From Candidatus Uhrbacteria bacterium (GTDB lineage Bacteria; Patescibacteriota; Patescibacteriia; JACQRZ01): DNA of 64,000 bases. This document shows positions 35,067 to 43,618 of the stretch, one piece after another. Each line of letters opens with the position of its first letter. Within the stretch, counting starts at the first letter, position 1. The notes under the pieces were generated by a model. It saw only the letters and a program-made list of their open reading frames with translations, did not search any database and had not been told where the DNA came from. Location of the stretch: the NCBI GenBank assembly GCA_016206155.1, contig JACQSC010000002.1:143473-207472 (forward strand). Reading direction: 5' to 3'. The position numbers were made by a program, and so were the translations under genes.

Positions 35067-36542
35067 ATGGATCGTCCAGAAGAATACAACATCCGCATAA
35101 AGAAAGCGGAAGCGCTTGAAAAGACCGGAGTTTCGCTATACCCATCGGGATGTGGCCGCACGCATATGTGTGCCGCCGCACGCACCATTATTGAGCAGGA
35201 GGGCAGGTCAGTGCCAGTGACGGTTGCAGGCCGCATTCGACAGATTCGTAAGCACGGTGGATCGACATTTGCGCGCCTTGAAGATGAGAGCGGGGATATC
35301 CAACTCTATCTCAAGAAGGATGCCATTGGCGACGAGCGCTACGCGCGTTTCCTCGATGATGTTGACCTTGGCGATATTCTCGAAGCTGCTGGCGAGTTGT
35401 TTGTTACAAAGACCGGCGAGTCTAGCGTGCTTGTTTATTCCTATGCGATACTTGCAAAGGCGCTCCTTCCACTGCCGGATCAGTGGCATGGGCTCTGTGA
35501 TGTCGAACAGCGCTATCGTCACCGTGAACTTGACCTCATTGCAAATGAGGATGTGCGCAGACGCTTTGTCGTGCGATCAAAGCTTGTTTCCGCGTTGCGC
35601 CGCTTTCTTGATGATCGCGATTTTCTCGAGGTGGAAACGCCCATTCTCCAATCCATACCGGGAGGCGCAAGCGCGCGGCCCTTTATGACGCATCACAACG
35701 CGCTTGATGTTGACATGTATCTTCGCATCGCGCCCGAGCTATACCTTAAGCGTTTGATCATCGGTGGATTTGAACGACTGTATGAAATTGGCCGCACCTT
35801 TCGAAATGAGGGCATCGATTTCGCGCATAGTCCCGAATTCAGCATGATAGAACTCTATTGGGCATATGTGCCGGACAGAGACCTTTATATTCGATTTCTT
35901 GAGGAGCTGCTTCGCTACGGAATACGCGAAGCAATTGGTACACTCGTGGTTGTGGGTGAGGAACACACGATTGATTTTGGTTCACAGTGGCCGCAGATAA
36001 CCTTTCGTGATGCCGTTCATCAGGAGACCGGTATCGATATTGACGTGCTTAAAAACGCGCAGGATGTGCTTGATATCGTCAAAAAAGTTAAGCTTTCAAT
36101 AGATTTTTCCAATTGTGTCGGACTCGGGGAGCACATAGATCAGTTATTTAAAAAAACGGCGCGGCAGAGGATTGTACAACCAACGTGGATCCTTGATTAC
36201 CCGATTGAACTCAAGCCTCTCACGCGCGCATGCGATGACGATCCAACCAAGAGCGCATCCGCACAACTTATCGTAGAGGGGGTTGAAATTGTTAATGCCT
36301 ACTATCATGAATTGAATGATCCGCGCGAGCAGCGCACACGTTTTATGCAGCAGGAGGTGTTGCGCGCTCAAGGGAGCGAGAGCGCCCAATTCGTTGATGA
36401 GGATTTTCTCTTTGCGCTCGAGCATGGCATGCCGCCTACCAGTGGCATGGGCTTTGGGATCGATCGGCTGGTACTGTTTTTGACCGGGCAGAAGAATATT
36501 AAAGAAGTAATTTTATTTCCAACACTTCGTCCAAAAGAGTAG
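35067..36542 (+). CDS. lysS: Lysine--tRNA ligase (class II)
   Basis: GGASARPF.THHN, LRIAPELYLKRL, FRNEG and GMPPTSG.G.GIDRL. Confidence 0.97.
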   Translation: MDRPEEYNIRIKKAEALEKTGVSLYPSGCGRTHMCAAARTIIEQEGRSVPVTVAGRIRQIRKHGGSTFARLEDESGDIQLYLKKDAIGDERYARFLDDVDLGDILEAAGELFVTKTGESSVLVYSYAILAKALLPLPDQWHGLCDVEQRYRHRELDLIANEDVRRRFVVRSKLVSALRRFLDDRDFLEVETPILQSIPGGASARPFMTHHNALDVDMYLRIAPELYLKRLIIGGFERLYEIGRTFRNEGIDFAHSPEFSMIELYWAYVPDRDLYIRFLEELLRYGIREAIGTLVVVGEEHTIDFGSQWPQITFRDAVHQETGIDIDVLKNAQDVLDIVKKVKLSIDFSNCVGLGEHIDQLFKKTARQRIVQPTWILDYPIELKPLTRACDDDPTKSASAQLIVEGVEIVNAYYHELNDPREQRTRFMQQEVLRAQGSESAQFVDEDFLFALEHGMPPTSGMGFGIDRLVLFLTGQKNIKEVILFPTLRPKE

Positions 36543-36952
36543 TCTGCTGTTTTGGCACGTTTGACGTGATACATCCCGGGCATCTCGCGTATCTCAAGGC
36601 AGCAAAGCGATTGGGAGATGAACTGGTTGTTGTTGTGACACGCGATGAAACCGCCAAACGCCGAAAGGGCCGCAGGACAGCGTGTCACGAGAAAGATCGG
36701 ATGGCGCTTGTCAGAGGATTCCGCATTGTTGATAAAGTAGTGCTTGGGGATCGCGATGACTCATGGCGCATCATCATGAAGCTGCGTCCCAGGACAATAT
36801 GCTTTGGATACGATCAGCAAGCAGCGATCGATTCGCTAAAGCGAACGTTGCCCGCGATATTTCATAAAAACGTTTGCATTGTCATGGCAAAGCCGTTTCA
36901 CCCAAAAACATATCATTCCAGCTTTTTCAAACTCCTAACCCCTAAATCCTAA
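36533..36952 (+). CDS. Cytidylyltransferase family/FAD synthase (RibL-like); no canonical start upstream of the conserved N-terminus
   Basis: Frame reads KRVVCCFGTFDVIHPGH...LVVVVTRD...GYDQ...SS; GTG 36566 lies inside the motif. Confidence 0.8.
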   Translation, partial: KRVVCCFGTFDVIHPGHLAYLKAAKRLGDELVVVVTRDETAKRRKGRRTACHEKDRMALVRGFRIVDKVVLGDRDDSWRIIMKLRPRTICFGYDQQAAIDSLKRTLPAIFHKNVCIVMAKPFHPKTYHSSFFKLLTPKS

Positions 36953-37038
36953 ACTCTAAACTCTAACGCACAATTCAATGTATAAGCCGGTTTATACATT
37001 GAGTTTTACAAACCCTAACCCCTAACCCCTAACCCCTA
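36933..37038. repeat. CCCCTAA-type heptamer arrays flanking a 28-bp palindrome
   Basis: TCCTAACCCCTAAATCCTAAACTCTAAACTCTAA; TCAATGTATAA-GCCGGT-TTATACATTGA (36975-37002); ACCCTAACCCCTAACCCCTAACCCCTA. Confidence 0.9.
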
Positions 37039-37042
37039 TTAT

Positions 37043-38314
37043 ATGCTTGATATACATTTTGTTCGGGATAACACTGAACGAGTTCAGCAAGAGCTTGATA
37101 AACGGGGAATGCTATTTGATCTTGCGGCATTTATGGCGCTTGACCAGAAGCGACGAGCCGCTATTGCGCGGCTCGATGACCATCGCGCTGAGTTGAATGC
37201 TGCAAGCGAGGGATTTTCACAACTTGCAGATGAGGTAAAAGATGGTGAGAGAAAACGCCTCAAAGAACTCAAGGCAAAAATTGCGACGGGCGAGTATGAG
37301 TTGAAAGATATAGAAGAAGAGTGGACTCGCGGCCTATTGCAGCTCCCCAATATGAGTCATGAATCCGTGCCGGTTGGCCCTGATTCATCGGGAAATGTCG
37401 TGGTCAAAAAGGTTGGGAACGCGCCTGTTTTCTCATTTGCGCCGCTTGGGCATCAGGACGTTCCTGCCATAAAGCAGTGTATTGACTTGGATCGCGGCGC
37501 TAAGATTTCGGGGAGCCGCTTTTGGTACCTTAAGGGTCCGCTTGCGCGTCTCGCACTCGCATTGATGCACTACGCACTTGATTTTTATGCCTCAAAAGGG
37601 TTTGAGCCAATGATGGTACCAATGCTCGTGAAGGAGTCGGCAATGATTGGAACGGGTTTTTTTCCTGCCGACAAGAACGAAATATATACCGTCAATCCCG
37701 ATGAGGACAATCTTTTTCTGGTTGGTACGGCAGAGGTTGCGCTTGCGTCGTATCATATGGATGAATGCGTCGATTTGTCTCATGGGCCTATCCGTTATGC
37801 GGGTTTTTCGTCGTGCTTTCGGCGCGAAGCGGGAACATACGGTAAAGACTTGCACGGCATCATTCGCGGGCATCAGTTTAACAAAGTAGAGATGTTTATT
37901 TTTTGCCGTCCCGAGGATTCGTGGCGCGAGCATGAATTTCTATTACAGTGTTCTGAGGAGTTTCTTCAATCATTGGGGCTTCACTATCAGGTATTGAATA
38001 TGTGTACCGGAGATATTGGTGCGCCAAATGCTAAGAAGTATGATATCGAAACATGGATGCCCGGCTCACAAATGTATCGCGAGACGAATTCGTGCAGCAA
38101 TGATACTGATTTTCAGGCGCGGCGACTCCACTGCACCTATCGGGATGCTATCGGAAAGCAACAACACGCGCATACATTGAATAACACCGGTTGTGCGGAC
38201 TTGCGCACCATGATTGCGCTTATTGAAACCTACCAGCAAGAAGATGGAAGTGTCCTTATCCCGCCGGCGCTTCAGCCCTACTGCGGCTTTGATATGATCT
38301 CAGTGCAACGATGA
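37043..38314 (+). CDS. serS: Serine--tRNA ligase
   Basis: MLDI, GTAE, CFRREAG, HQFNKVE, KKYDIE, S.SN.TDFQARRL and HTLN. Confidence 0.97.
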   Translation: MLDIHFVRDNTERVQQELDKRGMLFDLAAFMALDQKRRAAIARLDDHRAELNAASEGFSQLADEVKDGERKRLKELKAKIATGEYELKDIEEEWTRGLLQLPNMSHESVPVGPDSSGNVVVKKVGNAPVFSFAPLGHQDVPAIKQCIDLDRGAKISGSRFWYLKGPLARLALALMHYALDFYASKGFEPMMVPMLVKESAMIGTGFFPADKNEIYTVNPDEDNLFLVGTAEVALASYHMDECVDLSHGPIRYAGFSSCFRREAGTYGKDLHGIIRGHQFNKVEMFIFCRPEDSWREHEFLLQCSEEFLQSLGLHYQVLNMCTGDIGAPNAKKYDIETWMPGSQMYRETNSCSNDTDFQARRLHCTYRDAIGKQQHAHTLNNTGCADLRTMIALIETYQQEDGSVLIPPALQPYCGFDMISVQR

Positions 38315-39168
38315 TGCGCAACAGACGGTATGCCAAAGATCGGGAACGCCACCGAACATTATTCCCCGGTACGCGCAAGTTGCTGAGTATCGGTTGCGGC
38401 GTCATTGCGGCAGTTGCGTTTGTGGGTGTGGTATTTTTTTCTCCCTTTTTTACAATTGAATTTGTCGATATCGAGGCGCAGGGGGGGATTGAAGAGGGCG
38501 CCGTGCGCGCTCACATGTTTGCCCAGATGGAGCAAAAGCGCTTTTGGCTTTTTTCCCAAAAGAATATTTTTTTCTTTTCATCAAAGCAGGCGCAAGAGGC
38601 ATTATCTCAGCGATTCGTGCTTGAGCGTTCAGCGATCTCTAAGCGCTATCCCCACACACTTCGCGTAAGCGCAACAGGCAAGCAATTCCGACTCCTCTTG
38701 ATCGGAAAAGGAACAGTGCTTGATCTTGCGTCTGATGGTACGCCAAGCGCGGATTTGTCGCAGGATCGCTCAGACACCAATCCCTCAGCGGTGTATGCGC
38801 GCACGCTTGCTATGTCTTATGGCGGCGGCACCCCGCCGATCCCGAAAGAGGAAATAGATGCGCCTCTTGTGCTGTCAGACAGCTTAGCGCTCGACCGGGA
38901 GACGGTTATGTTCATTCGTGCGGTATTTGCCCAAAGCAGAGATCGCGGATATCGGCCGTTGTTGTTTTATCATAAGCAGAACACCCCATCGATTCGACTG
39001 AAGACGAGCCAAGGCTGGGATATTCTGTTTTCTCTGATTGAGGATCCGGAAAGTCAGATTAAAAATGTCGGGACTATTCTCGATACATACTTCCAGAAAA
39101 AAGATAGGCGGTCTCTTGACTATATTGATGTTCGTTTTGACCGCAGAGTTTTTTATAAAGAGGATTAG
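38311..39168 (+). CDS. FtsQ/DivIB-like cell division protein
   Basis: TM, SPFFTI..V, K.YP.TL and C-terminal YIDVRF...VFYK. Confidence 0.75.
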   Translation: MMRNRRYAKDRERHRTLFPGTRKLLSIGCGVIAAVAFVGVVFFSPFFTIEFVDIEAQGGIEEGAVRAHMFAQMEQKRFWLFSQKNIFFFSSKQAQEALSQRFVLERSAISKRYPHTLRVSATGKQFRLLLIGKGTVLDLASDGTPSADLSQDRSDTNPSAVYARTLAMSYGGGTPPIPKEEIDAPLVLSDSLALDRETVMFIRAVFAQSRDRGYRPLLFYHKQNTPSIRLKTSQGWDILFSLIEDPESQIKNVGTILDTYFQKKDRRSLDYIDVRFDRRVFYKED

Positions 39169-39178
39169 TGGTGTCGGT

Positions 39179-40297
39179 ATGAGAATTGGTATTGATGTTC
39201 GCGCATTGCAATGGCAAGCCGGCGGCGTACAAGAGTATACGCGCCATGTTGTTCGTGCGCTTCTTGCGTCAGAGAAGCGTCATCAGTATGTACTCTTTGG
39301 CAATGCATGGCGCGGCACTCCTCCACTTGATTTCCCCGCGAAGGGACCGTTCCACAAGACATGTTATCTGCGCAATCCAAACAAGCTTCTGCACGCCTCA
39401 CTTGTGATGTTTGACAGGCCGCGCATCGACAATCTTATTCATCACCACACGGGGGTGCGGGTAGATTTGATGTTTTATCCGAACATTCATTTTATTGCCA
39501 ATTCCCCCAATTGCGCCAGCGTCGTGACAATGCATGACCTTTCCTATCATCATTGTCCTGATCTGTATTCACGAAAAAGCCGATTTTGGCACCGCATCGT
39601 GCGGCCGCGAACGATCACTGCGCGAGCCACTCACATCATCGCCGTATCCAACGCCACGCGCAATGATCTGATTGCAAGCTATGGAATAGACGGATCAACT
39701 ATAACGGTAACACCTCTTGACTGCGCCGAGGAATTTAAAGATCGCCGGCATGGAGGACCGCACCGTGTACGTGATGTTATTCTGCTTTTTGGAGCCGACC
39801 ACTTGAGGAAAAATGCAGAAGGGTTGCGCGAGGCCTTTCTGACTGCGCGCGCGCGATCCACTACGCTGCAAAAATATACGCTCGTACTTATAGGGCGAGG
39901 AATGACACGTGCGCGTTCGCACGCCGCTCTGCGCCATGAGGGTATTGTTCATAGGGAGCTGGTTTCTCGCCATGAACGCATCGACCTGTATCAACGAGCC
40001 GCCCTTATCGCGTTTCCGAGCTTTATGGAGGGTTTTGGTATTCCGCTTCTTGAGGCGGCACACATGCGTGTACCGATTGTATGCGCGAATCATTCAAGCA
40101 TCGGCGAGGTTATCGGAATGGGCGCCTATTATGTTAATCCCTATAACACGAGGGAGCTTGCAAAGGCGCTCATTGACATTCTCACCGATACGGCGCTTGC
40201 CACTTCTCTTACGAATGATGCATACGCCGCTGCGAGTTCGTATTCTTGGGATCGGACCGCATCGATTACACGTTCAGTCTTTGAAAAAGTCTTATGA
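39179..40297 (+). CDS. Glycosyltransferase family 4
   Basis: MRIGID, TMHDL, PSFMEGFGIPLLEA. Confidence 0.92.
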   Translation: MRIGIDVRALQWQAGGVQEYTRHVVRALLASEKRHQYVLFGNAWRGTPPLDFPAKGPFHKTCYLRNPNKLLHASLVMFDRPRIDNLIHHHTGVRVDLMFYPNIHFIANSPNCASVVTMHDLSYHHCPDLYSRKSRFWHRIVRPRTITARATHIIAVSNATRNDLIASYGIDGSTITVTPLDCAEEFKDRRHGGPHRVRDVILLFGADHLRKNAEGLREAFLTARARSTTLQKYTLVLIGRGMTRARSHAALRHEGIVHRELVSRHERIDLYQRAALIAFPSFMEGFGIPLLEAAHMRVPIVCANHSSIGEVIGMGAYYVNPYNTRELAKALIDILTDTALATSLTNDAYAAASSYSWDRTASITRSVFEKVL

Positions 40298-41436
40298 AGA
40301 TTGGTATTGACGCACGGCTCTATGGCCAAGGACTTGGGTTGGGGCGCTATGTCTCAAAGCTTATTGAGCACCTCGAGCTCCATGATGATACCAACACCTA
40401 TACTATTTTTTTGCGAAAGGCAAACTATGATCTCTATACGCCGCGCAATACTCGATTTAAAAAAGTTTGCGCCGATGTTCCGTGGTATTCACTGAAGGAG
40501 CAGTGGCTCTTGCCCTGGATTTTTTTCAAGGAGCGATGCGATCTCTTGCACGTGCCGCACTTCAATGTTCCGGTTCTCTATCCGGGGGCGCTGATCATTA
40601 CTATTCACGATGTCATTCTTCTCAAACATAGGTTGTCCGCTACTTCTGCCGCCTCGACGCGTCATCCAGTCAGTCATTGGTTAAAATATATGGGCTTTCG
40701 AGTGGTCGTGCGCATTGCCATTGCCCGAGCAAGTCGGATTATAGTAGTATCGCAATCGGTTGCTCACGATCTCTCCGCATTTTTTCCTTCATGCAAACGC
40801 AAGCTTCGTATTGTTCGTGAGGCTGCCGATGCAATTTCCCACTCCCAGCCGCTTGTCGATCCATCGTTCGATCCCGGAAAGCAATTTTTTTTCACGGCAG
40901 GAAACGCCTATCCGCATAAAAATATATCAACGCTTCTCGAGGCTGTACGGCTAGCTTCTAGGCAGATACCAGAAATCCGGCTTATTCTGTGCGGACAGGA
41001 GGATTTTTTCCAAAAGCGGCTGATACAGGAAATAAACGACCGTGGATATGCATCGATTGCGCATCATGTCGGATGTGTTTCTGATGCAGTGCTGCGATGG
41101 CTCTATGAGCACGCTGTTGCGATCGTACTTCCATCGCTTGAAGAAGGTTTTGGATTACAGATTGTTGAAGCGTTTGTCCACTCATGTCCAGTCATCGCTT
41201 CTCGGATTCCTCCCTATGAAGAAATAGGCGGCGATGCTGTTTGTTTTGTAGATGCAAGAAAGGCATTTGAGATTGCCGGCGCCATGCAGGAGCTTCTGCG
41301 TGACAATGAGCGTCGCTGTGCTATGATACAGCGCGGTACCGTACGAGCGGGCATGTTTTCCTGGAATGCCGCAGCACACGCAACGGTTCTTGTTTATGCG
41401 GAATCTATATATGAGGCCAAAGAAACTATTGTATAA
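40294..41436 (+). CDS. Glycosyltransferase family 4
   Basis: MKIGIDAR, HVPHFNVP, YPHKN, PSLEEGFGL..VEA. Confidence 0.92.
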   Translation: MKIGIDARLYGQGLGLGRYVSKLIEHLELHDDTNTYTIFLRKANYDLYTPRNTRFKKVCADVPWYSLKEQWLLPWIFFKERCDLLHVPHFNVPVLYPGALIITIHDVILLKHRLSATSAASTRHPVSHWLKYMGFRVVVRIAIARASRIIVVSQSVAHDLSAFFPSCKRKLRIVREAADAISHSQPLVDPSFDPGKQFFFTAGNAYPHKNISTLLEAVRLASRQIPEIRLILCGQEDFFQKRLIQEINDRGYASIAHHVGCVSDAVLRWLYEHAVAIVLPSLEEGFGLQIVEAFVHSCPVIASRIPPYEEIGGDAVCFVDARKAFEIAGAMQELLRDNERRCAMIQRGTVRAGMFSWNAAAHATVLVYAESIYEAKETIV

Positions 41437-42187
41437 TCACGGATGGTGGGCGACTGGCGTGATCGTTGGCGCTCTCTTTGCCCTCACAAACACGTGGGTC
41501 GTATGGTTTGCGCTCGCTTTGTTGATTGCGCTTATCATTGAGTCGGGAATTGTTTTTCTTTATCTTCGGGGCCGCGAACCGGGTGCAGTATGGGCTGCCA
41601 CGGGCATGATCATGATCACAATTTCAAGCGCAGGCGCTCTATTGCTCTTTCTGGAGCGTACCTTGTTTAAAATACCGCTTATAGGAGTCATTGTTTTTCT
41701 TTTGTTATTTGCGCACTACACACTCCGTTCCGCGTGGCTGCATCGCGATGTTGATGTCCGCATTATGGCCCGAGACAGTATGCGCCTGCTCGCATTCGGA
41801 TCAGTTTTTTTCTATGGAGCAGTATTTTTTGCAACCCTCTTTTATTTCGGTGTGGGCATTGCGCATCTTCTTCTGCCATTGCTTCTCGTTCCTTTTGGCG
41901 TGAGTATGATTCACGGATGGTTTGATCATCCCGCGATTCGGACGCGTATTGTGCATTCGGTCGGCGCCGAAATTCTTATGCTCGAGTCGCTCGTTGTTCT
42001 TCTCTTTCTTCCGGTATCATACGGATTTTCCGCGCTCGTGATTCTCCTGACCTATTTCCTCTACGACGAGTATGTTTCGCGTCCCAGCCAAGAGCATGGG
42101 GGTGCACATCAGAACGATCGAGCGATTTCTTTCGTTATCGCCGGAATTGTGATATCCTTGTTGTTAGCAGTTGCGCGTTGGCGGTAA
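41411..42187 (+). CDS. Polytopic membrane protein
   Basis: Many hydrophobic segments; conserved-looking E...L.FLP motif; start uncertain. Confidence 0.65.
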   Translation: MRPKKLLYNHGWWATGVIVGALFALTNTWVVWFALALLIALIIESGIVFLYLRGREPGAVWAATGMIMITISSAGALLLFLERTLFKIPLIGVIVFLLLFAHYTLRSAWLHRDVDVRIMARDSMRLLAFGSVFFYGAVFFATLFYFGVGIAHLLLPLLLVPFGVSMIHGWFDHPAIRTRIVHSVGAEILMLESLVVLLFLPVSYGFSALVILLTYFLYDEYVSRPSQEHGGAHQNDRAISFVIAGIVISLLLAVARWR

Positions 42188-42198
42188 GGCTATAATGT

Positions 42199-43299
42199 AT
42201 GAACTATCTGCGGATCGAAAAGTCACCTATTTTTGATATGCTCCTGTTTTGGGTTTGTGTCGCGCTCGTCGCCGGCGGCGCAGGCTTTATTGGGGGCGGC
42301 ATGCGCATCAATGAACAGATTACGCTTGAGCCTGCCGCGCAGACTCAAACGGTCGTACTGGAGGATCGAACCAGGGGAGCCGACGAACAGAGCGGTACTA
42401 TTGACGGTATTCTCTCATCGATAGGAAGGAGCATGGTTTCACTGTATCGATGGCAGCTTCCGCAGGGAGGCGCGTTATCGTTATCATTTCCAGAAGAGTC
42501 GCAGTTCTTGGGTTTTGCGCTTGCTGTCACCAGCGATGGATGGCTGGTCACAACTGCGCCACTCAATGATCGACCAGACTCATTTACTGTGCTTACCGAT
42601 CAGAATACCTATTTCCCCATAACGCAGATTGTGCAGGACGCTGTTGCCGGCTACACGTTTTTTAAGATTGAAAATTCGGACCTACGGCCCATTGAATTTT
42701 CTTCATTTACAGACCCCTTCCGTTTCGAGGATGGCTATCTTATTCGTAATCGATCGGCGATTGAACGAATGATTGTCACGCCGCCACGAATACCTGACAG
42801 TGAAACAGGACCCGATGGTATGTTAAAAACATCACGTTTGAGCAAGGTGCTCAATCCATCCGCATCATTTAAAACAGCTTGCATGCCGGTTATACGTGAT
42901 GAACGTTATGTGTTTGGCTGTACGGCTGAGACCGGCGTGCGATCGTTCCGTTACTTGCAGCGATCCCTCTCTGCAATTTTAAAAAAGGGAGACCATGGAC
43001 GGTCCACGCTTGATATTCCCTATAGGAATCTTGCGTCAGTACCAGCTTCGGCGTCCGCACCACAACGAACAGGTGCATTGATCGTGCTTGATTCCAAAAA
43101 AACAATTCGCATTGCCGTTGCCGGCGGTGGAATTCTCGAGCTTCGCAACGGTGATAGTATCATGAGCGTTGGAGGGGAGGCGGTTGATCAGAACAGGGAT
43201 CTTGGCGAGTTGCTCGGCCAGTATGCCGTTGGGGAAACCGTTGCAATTCGCGTAATTTCCGGCGGTTTAGAAAAAGAGCATCGCATTATTCTTAACTAA
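42199..43299 (+). CDS. HtrA/S1C-like protein with PDZ-like end, catalytically degenerate
   Basis: G.A.AVTSDGWLVT, D...FFKI and GD.I.SVGG motifs; no catalytic His and no GNSGG. Confidence 0.7.
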   Translation: MNYLRIEKSPIFDMLLFWVCVALVAGGAGFIGGGMRINEQITLEPAAQTQTVVLEDRTRGADEQSGTIDGILSSIGRSMVSLYRWQLPQGGALSLSFPEESQFLGFALAVTSDGWLVTTAPLNDRPDSFTVLTDQNTYFPITQIVQDAVAGYTFFKIENSDLRPIEFSSFTDPFRFEDGYLIRNRSAIERMIVTPPRIPDSETGPDGMLKTSRLSKVLNPSASFKTACMPVIRDERYVFGCTAETGVRSFRYLQRSLSAILKKGDHGRSTLDIPYRNLASVPASASAPQRTGALIVLDSKKTIRIAVAGGGILELRNGDSIMSVGGEAVDQNRDLGELLGQYAVGETVAIRVISGGLEKEHRIILN

Positions 43300-43306
43300 T
43301 ATCGCT

Positions 43307-43612
43307 ATGTCCAGCTACGATCTATTCCTTCTCGTCGCAACACTAGCGCTTGTTTTTATCGCCGCTTTTCTCTGTTGCGCGCTCTATTGGCTCATCAGAG
43401 TGCTGCGTATTTGGACGGCTCTGAGCGCGGAGTTCGAACGAAATGTCCATCAAGGTATTGACCGCTTTTATCAAGCGCTGCACGCGTTGTCATCATTTAA
43501 AGCCGTTGCCGATATCGGCATGCAAACTCTTCAGGCAGCGCTGTCGGTATACCAGCGAAAGAAGACATCCGCGCGCAGCAAACGCGCTCTGTCAAAGGAG
43601 TCCGATTCATAA
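43307..43612 (+). CDS. Small membrane protein (DUF948-like)
   Basis: N-terminal TM plus helical, basic tail. Confidence 0.5.
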   Translation: MSSYDLFLLVATLALVFIAAFLCCALYWLIRVLRIWTALSAEFERNVHQGIDRFYQALHALSSFKAVADIGMQTLQAALSVYQRKKTSARSKRALSKESDS

Positions 43613-43618
43613 TGGTTT

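Noticed and set aside
36933-37038. Eukaryotic telomere contamination
   Set aside because: Short degenerate 7-bp units embedded seamlessly between bacterial genes.
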